DNA of 20,000 bases from an uncultured virus (IMG/VR IMGVR_UViG_3300037483_000643). Its lineage: Duplodnaviria; Heunggongvirae; Uroviricota; Caudoviricetes. Location of the stretch: IMG/VR virus record IMGVR_UViG_3300037483_000643; one strand, 5' to 3'. The notes under the pieces were generated by a model. It ran no database searches. It was not told the origin of the DNA and saw nothing but the letters and a program-made list of their open reading frames with translations. Below are positions 15,920 through 20,000 of the stretch, one piece after another. Each line of letters begins with the position of its first letter. Within the stretch, counting starts at the first letter, position 1. A program made the translations under genes and the position numbers.

Positions 15920-16762
15920 ATGCCACCTGCTACTGACAAGATCTTGATCAACAGTGGCCCTTCGCAACGAGGGTGGCACCGATGCGAGCTGTTTCTCATC
16001 TGCCCGCAATTGTACGCCTGGCGCTACCACACCAACCTGTTGGACAAGAAGTCGCAGTACCTCGTGCGAGGCGCCATCGGGCATACCGGACTTGCGCACC
16101 ACTACGCAAGGATGCAACAGCGGCAGCAAAAGCAAGATCCCGACCTCTTCTACACGCCGGCTGAAGGCATGGCGTTGACAGCTTCCACCTTCGGCGCGCT
16201 CGGTGCAGAGATGTTGCCGATCACGCGCCGCACTGTCGAGGAATACATCACAGAGCATGCGTGTGAAGAGTGGCGCGTGCTGCACGTCGAAAAGGAGTTC
16301 ACCACCGAGCTGTCCGATTCGAGTGGGCGCAAGACGCTCTTCACGATGCGCCCTGATCTGATCGTGGAGGCTCTTGGCGGCGGCATGAGAACAAAGTGGA
16401 TCCTCGATCACAAGTTCGTCAGTACCGTATCCAAGGCATCCACGCGCTACACGAACAGTGGCCAATTCCTTGCACTGCAGCATCTTGGCCGCGCGCTGTA
16501 TGGCAAGGACTTCGGCGGTGTGATCGTCAACGGCCTCCAGGTCGCGCCACACTGCAAGTTTCGCCGGATCCCTGTCGACCCTTCTCCTTACCGTCTGCGG
16601 CGCTTCCCGTCCGATGTCTTGGATGCCGAGGAACAGATCGTCAGGTTGGAGGCCAGTGGCCGAGCTGCCGACGAGTGGCCAGCGGCGCCATCTGAGCACA
16701 CGTGCGTCGGCCCGTACGGTGCGTGCGATGCGTATCAGTTGTGCCGTTGGGGGATCGAATGA
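15920..16762 (+). CDS. Cas4/RecB-like PD-(D/E)xK exonuclease, probable Fe-S cluster
   Basis: N-terminal CP, G...H, RPDL, LDHK and Q motif, with three C-terminal Cys (C-x6-C-x5-C). Confidence 0.85.
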   Translation: MPPATDKILINSGPSQRGWHRCELFLICPQLYAWRYHTNLLDKKSQYLVRGAIGHTGLAHHYARMQQRQQKQDPDLFYTPAEGMALTASTFGALGAEMLPITRRTVEEYITEHACEEWRVLHVEKEFTTELSDSSGRKTLFTMRPDLIVEALGGGMRTKWILDHKFVSTVSKASTRYTNSGQFLALQHLGRALYGKDFGGVIVNGLQVAPHCKFRRIPVDPSPYRLRRFPSDVLDAEEQIVRLEASGRAADEWPAAPSEHTCVGPYGACDAYQLCRWGIE

Positions 16763-16932
16763 TGAAAGACAGAAGAATGACGAAAAATAAGGAGTGGCGC
16801 GCTACGTGGTCATGTACACTCTGCGGAAAGACGCTTCGAGTTTCTGATCGCACGTGTAAGAAGTGCGGTCGTCTGTTGAAGGAATTTGGACGTCTGTTGG
16901 TAGAAATGCACAAGACGAAAGTTGGCGCATAA
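16759..16932 (+). CDS. Zn-ribbon small protein (WxCxxC...CxxC)
   Basis: ATGA overlap; RanBP2-like Cys spacing. Confidence 0.65.
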   Translation: MMKDRRMTKNKEWRATWSCTLCGKTLRVSDRTCKKCGRLLKEFGRLLVEMHKTKVGA

Positions 16933-16934
16933 AC

Positions 16935-18617
16935 ATGCCAAGTGTAGCGGCACAGCAGGTTAGCGCGTCCAACGCCGATCAGGCGCGTTGGGCCAAGATC
17001 TGCAAGCGGTATCCCGCACTGTCACGTGACGAAGAACGGTCTTTGATCGTGCGCGCACAAGCCGGCGACAGCGCAGCACGACAGAAGCTACTGAATCACA
17101 ATCTGTCGTGGTGCGTCATGTGTGCCCGCAAGCTGGCGACGGGCGGGGCGCCGTTCGATGACGTTGTGCAAGAGGGCGTAGAGGGGCTGATCCGCGCGCT
17201 CGAAACGTTCGATGTCAAGCGTGAGCTGCGCTTCTCCACTTATGCAATGTGGTGGATACGTGTTCGCCAGATAACCTTTTTGCGGTCAGCGCGATCGGTC
17301 GTACGGCCAAGACGTGAAACCAATGCAGTGGCGGACTTTTCACTAGACACACCGATTGGTGATGACGATAACGACGCTACTCGGCTTGATCTGTTGGAAG
17401 ATGACGCCGCCAGTCCAGAAGAACAGTTCGTCAGCAGCGACCACGATCGGCACGTGCGCCAAGCACTTGGGCGGCTGCGAAAGCGAATCGGCAACATCGG
17501 CTGGGACATCATTCACAGTAGACTTGTGAAGAGTGCTGGAGAAGAAGATACACTAGAGATCGTCGGCAACCGGCACGGTGTCTCACGCGAACGCATCCGG
17601 CAAGTCGAGATGAAGACGATCGCACTACTGCGTCGGGTGCTGCCGGAGATGTTGACAGCGCGCGAAGGTGCATATCAGGCGCGGTTGGAGAGGGAGATTT
17701 CAATGGTGACACTAACACCCGTCGAGCGCGCTCGTCGCAAGTTAATTCTTTCCAACAGTCCTACTGCGCAGAGAATCGCTGCAGAAGCCGAGGCCGCTTC
17801 CAAGGTCGCTGAGACTGAAGAAGAAGTAGAGGGGGAGACGGCTGGACTGCTGACGTATCCCGCTGGGCCGCGTGATCCGCTCGTCGCTGAGCCATGCCCG
17901 CCAGAGTTGATCGTCGCGCATGTTCATCGAGTGTTTCCTAACTTACCTGGCGCAATAGAAGAGGCAGCGGTAGATGTGGCGCAAGGTTTAGGGCTGAAAG
18001 ACAGCGCAGCGAAGCGTGGTGTTGCACTAAGCACAGCGCATTCACGTAGAAAGCGCATGTTTGAAGCTACAGGCGCGCACTACTGTGATGAAGTGACATC
18101 AGCACTGCTCGCCGCCGCTCTTCAACAGCTGGCTAGCAGTACGTCGCCTACTGTCGAACGGTGCGAGAATGGTGGGACTCGTGACAAACTCGTACCTGAT
18201 CCGCGATTTCGTTTGTCGCCTGAAGTCGCAGCGCTTGTAGCATCCGTAGTGAAGATGGCGGATGCCGAAGATGGCGAGGTGCCTGGGGTGATGCACGTAC
18301 CGGCACCGAACGACGGCTTCGACTTCGCCGATTTGATGCCTACAGGTGTCCAGCCGTCGAAGATCATCACCGTGCCAGATCTGATCGATCAGAAGATCAT
18401 CGCGCGAGCTGCCCACCTCCTACCTACACCAGATGATGACATCACGGCGCGTCTGCAGGCGCTTCGAGATGTTGTCCATACGCGTCTTGACACTGCCAGG
18501 AGAACACTAGAAGACACGCAAGGTGCTGCAGCCGAAGCGCAGGCGCGTGTCGACAAGCTCACGCGGCAGCTAGAGCAGATCGACGCGGCGATCGGCCCAA
18601 CTCAGGTGGCGCCGTGA
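16935..18617 (+). CDS. sigma-70 family factor (regions 1.2, 2 and 4; region 3 largely absent) fused to a LuxR-like HTH and coiled coil
   Basis: LSRDEE...AGDSAARQKLLNHNL; DVVQEG...RFSTYAMWWIR; TLEIVG...GVSRERIRQVE. The C-half contains VAQGLGLKDSAAKRGVALSTAHSRRKRMFEATG. Confidence 0.88.
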   Translation: MPSVAAQQVSASNADQARWAKICKRYPALSRDEERSLIVRAQAGDSAARQKLLNHNLSWCVMCARKLATGGAPFDDVVQEGVEGLIRALETFDVKRELRFSTYAMWWIRVRQITFLRSARSVVRPRRETNAVADFSLDTPIGDDDNDATRLDLLEDDAASPEEQFVSSDHDRHVRQALGRLRKRIGNIGWDIIHSRLVKSAGEEDTLEIVGNRHGVSRERIRQVEMKTIALLRRVLPEMLTAREGAYQARLEREISMVTLTPVERARRKLILSNSPTAQRIAAEAEAASKVAETEEEVEGETAGLLTYPAGPRDPLVAEPCPPELIVAHVHRVFPNLPGAIEEAAVDVAQGLGLKDSAAKRGVALSTAHSRRKRMFEATGAHYCDEVTSALLAAALQQLASSTSPTVERCENGGTRDKLVPDPRFRLSPEVAALVASVVKMADAEDGEVPGVMHVPAPNDGFDFADLMPTGVQPSKIITVPDLIDQKIIARAAHLLPTPDDDITARLQALRDVVHTRLDTARRTLEDTQGAAAEAQARVDKLTRQLEQIDAAIGPTQVAP

Positions 18618-19342
18618 AGAGCTGCGTAGCGTGGCGGGGGCCTTCGATGTTGACCGGCGAGCCGATCGAGATCGTTCTGACGGGCTTGGAGCTGGACAGC
18701 AAGAACGAGAAGACCGGCGCCATGGTTCAGGCGTGGATCCTCCGACAGGATGGCAACCCGTCGATGGATCTTGGTGACGAGCGCGAGCGCGCAGTGTGTG
18801 GCGACTGCCCTCTACGGGGCCGAGGTGCACAACGGATCTGCTATGTCACGTACGGTGTGTGGGTGATCTCGAAGTTCCGTGATCGCTTACCGCTCGTCAG
18901 TGTCGAAGACGCGTCGTGCGCGTTGCGTGGGAAGCCCGTCCGCCTTGGTGCCTACGGCGATCCGGCTGCAGTTCCGTACAGTGTGTGGGAAACGCTGCTT
19001 CTAGGCGTGCAGCAGTGGACTGGCTACACGCACCAATGGCGCACGTGCGCCCCACAGTTCAAGCGCCTGTGCATGGCCTCGGTCGAGACAGAACGTGATG
19101 CGGACGAAGCGTCGGCGCTTGGCTGGCGCACGTTTCGCATCAGGCCAGAAAGTGGCCGATTGCAGAAGAACGAGATTCTTTGCGTGAACGAGTCGCGTGG
19201 TGTACAATGCAAGGACTGCCGGTTGTGTAAAGGTGTCAGCAGCACTGCAGGTGCTTCCATCGTCATCACGGTGCATGGCAACGGTGTGAACGAATTTCAT
19301 CGCCGAATTGACAGCGCACAACTACCCTTGGTGATTCCATGA
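18614..19342 (+). CDS. Phage gp88-like / DUF7227-like Cys-rich (radical-SAM-like) protein
   Basis: NxKTG, CGDCP...CY, VRLGAYGDP, WTGYTHQW, CMASVE, GWRTFR and CxDCxLC...HG motif string. Confidence 0.7.
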   Translation: MKSCVAWRGPSMLTGEPIEIVLTGLELDSKNEKTGAMVQAWILRQDGNPSMDLGDERERAVCGDCPLRGRGAQRICYVTYGVWVISKFRDRLPLVSVEDASCALRGKPVRLGAYGDPAAVPYSVWETLLLGVQQWTGYTHQWRTCAPQFKRLCMASVETERDADEASALGWRTFRIRPESGRLQKNEILCVNESRGVQCKDCRLCKGVSSTAGASIVITVHGNGVNEFHRRIDSAQLPLVIP

Positions 19343-19521
19343 TGCACGGTACCCGACGAAGTGTGTGCGGCAAGCACCGCATAGTTCCGGTGTGGTCGGC
19401 TGTAAACGGGCGGTGGGAATGCAGGACGTGCCGTGCCCCTGTGAAGATGATCAAGGGCGCGTGCCCTCACTGCGGAAAGTTGCTGGCCCATGGTGCCCCT
19501 CTAACCTGCCCGCACACATGA
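19339..19521 (+). CDS. Cys-rich Zn-finger small protein
   Basis: ATGA overlaps on both sides; CRTC and CPHC. Confidence 0.7.
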   Translation: MMHGTRRSVCGKHRIVPVWSAVNGRWECRTCRAPVKMIKGACPHCGKLLAHGAPLTCPHT

Positions 19522-19895
19522 GAAACAAGAAGTGGAAGACGTACGATGGCAAGAGATATGCGTCTGTCGAGAAGACGCGGTGCCAGCGGCGCTTTCGACA
19601 TCACGCGCGAACACCACACAACCCAGATGGCCGGATCCGGCGCGAGCCTTGCTTTCAACATCCGTACTGGTCAGAGGGTGAAGCGCATCATCCTGACTAC
19701 TCCAAGCCGTTCGCGGTGATCTGGTGTTGTCCATCGTGCCACCGCAAGCTGGAGAACGGGACGCTTCGTTTCAGGCCACAGCGCGACGTCTGGGACTATT
19801 CGTCGCTGGTAGAGCAGCACGTCGGGAGGCACAAAGAGACGGTCGGCCACACGCCTAGAGATGACGATTCCGATGTCTCTACCGTCCCGTTCTAG
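19518..19895 (+). CDS. HNH-like protein
   Basis: EAHHPDYSKP...WCCPSCH, a common phage HNH-type motif. Confidence 0.75.
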   Translation: MRNKKWKTYDGKRYASVEKTRCQRRFRHHARTPHNPDGRIRREPCFQHPYWSEGEAHHPDYSKPFAVIWCCPSCHRKLENGTLRFRPQRDVWDYSSLVEQHVGRHKETVGHTPRDDDSDVSTVPF

Positions 19896-19920
19896 CGGTG
19901 CCGTTGTGGTGTCCTGGTAG

Positions 19921-19990
19921 TTGACGATCTACATCCAGTCGAGTACAACATTCACAGCGGCTTCGCACACCGCTTTCGTCCCGAGGGAAG
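19921..19990 (+). promoter_or_regulatory. Promoter and RBS for a gene starting at GTG 19998
   Basis: TTGACG-N17-TACAAC (19921-19949), then TTCACAGC, then CCCGAGGGAAG (19980-19990) 7 nt before GTG. Confidence 0.55.
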
Positions 19991-20000
19991 ACATCCAGTG

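Noticed and set aside
98..19734. Many long opposite-strand ORFs in the track (e.g. 7316..7999 +, 15845..16699 -)
   Set aside because: Shadow ORFs of GC-rich coding DNA that overlap motif-bearing genes and lack RBSs or motifs.
19893..20000. Open frame continuing past the HNH-like TAG, suggesting read-through or recoding
   Set aside because: The region is better explained as a promoter plus RBS, and TAG acts as a normal stop elsewhere in the window.

Overview
This GC-rich window is part of a bacteriophage or prophage early/replication region. No capsid, tail, integrase, rRNA, tRNA or CRISPR features are visible. About 45 tightly packed genes form two divergent arms around a control region at ~11050-11350. 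The leftward arm encodes a Zn-finger protein, a RepA/AAA_25-type helicase followed by a probable origin, an RHH-like regulator, a secreted beta-rich protein, a CX5R phosphatase, a thioredoxin, a DUF1360-like membrane protein, a 544-aa coiled-coil protein, an FmdB zinc ribbon and a TIGR04563-like small protein. The rightward arm encodes many Cys-rich small ORFs, a SNF2 helicase, a Cas4-like PD-(D/E)xK nuclease, a sigma-70 factor fused to a LuxR-like HTH, a gp88-like Cys-rich protein and an HNH-like protein. The TIGR04563-like protein and the sigma type suggest a myxobacterial host (recognised from memory, not by search). The most striking observation is a candidate ~85-nt small RNA (938-1024, minus strand) with its own promoter and terminator. 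Its 10-nt loop UCCUUCCCUC is complementary to GAGGGAAG motifs in the leaders or RBSs of three promoter-proximal genes, including both helicase transcription units. This suggests a trans-acting kissing-loop antisense regulon. All family calls come from motif recognition only.
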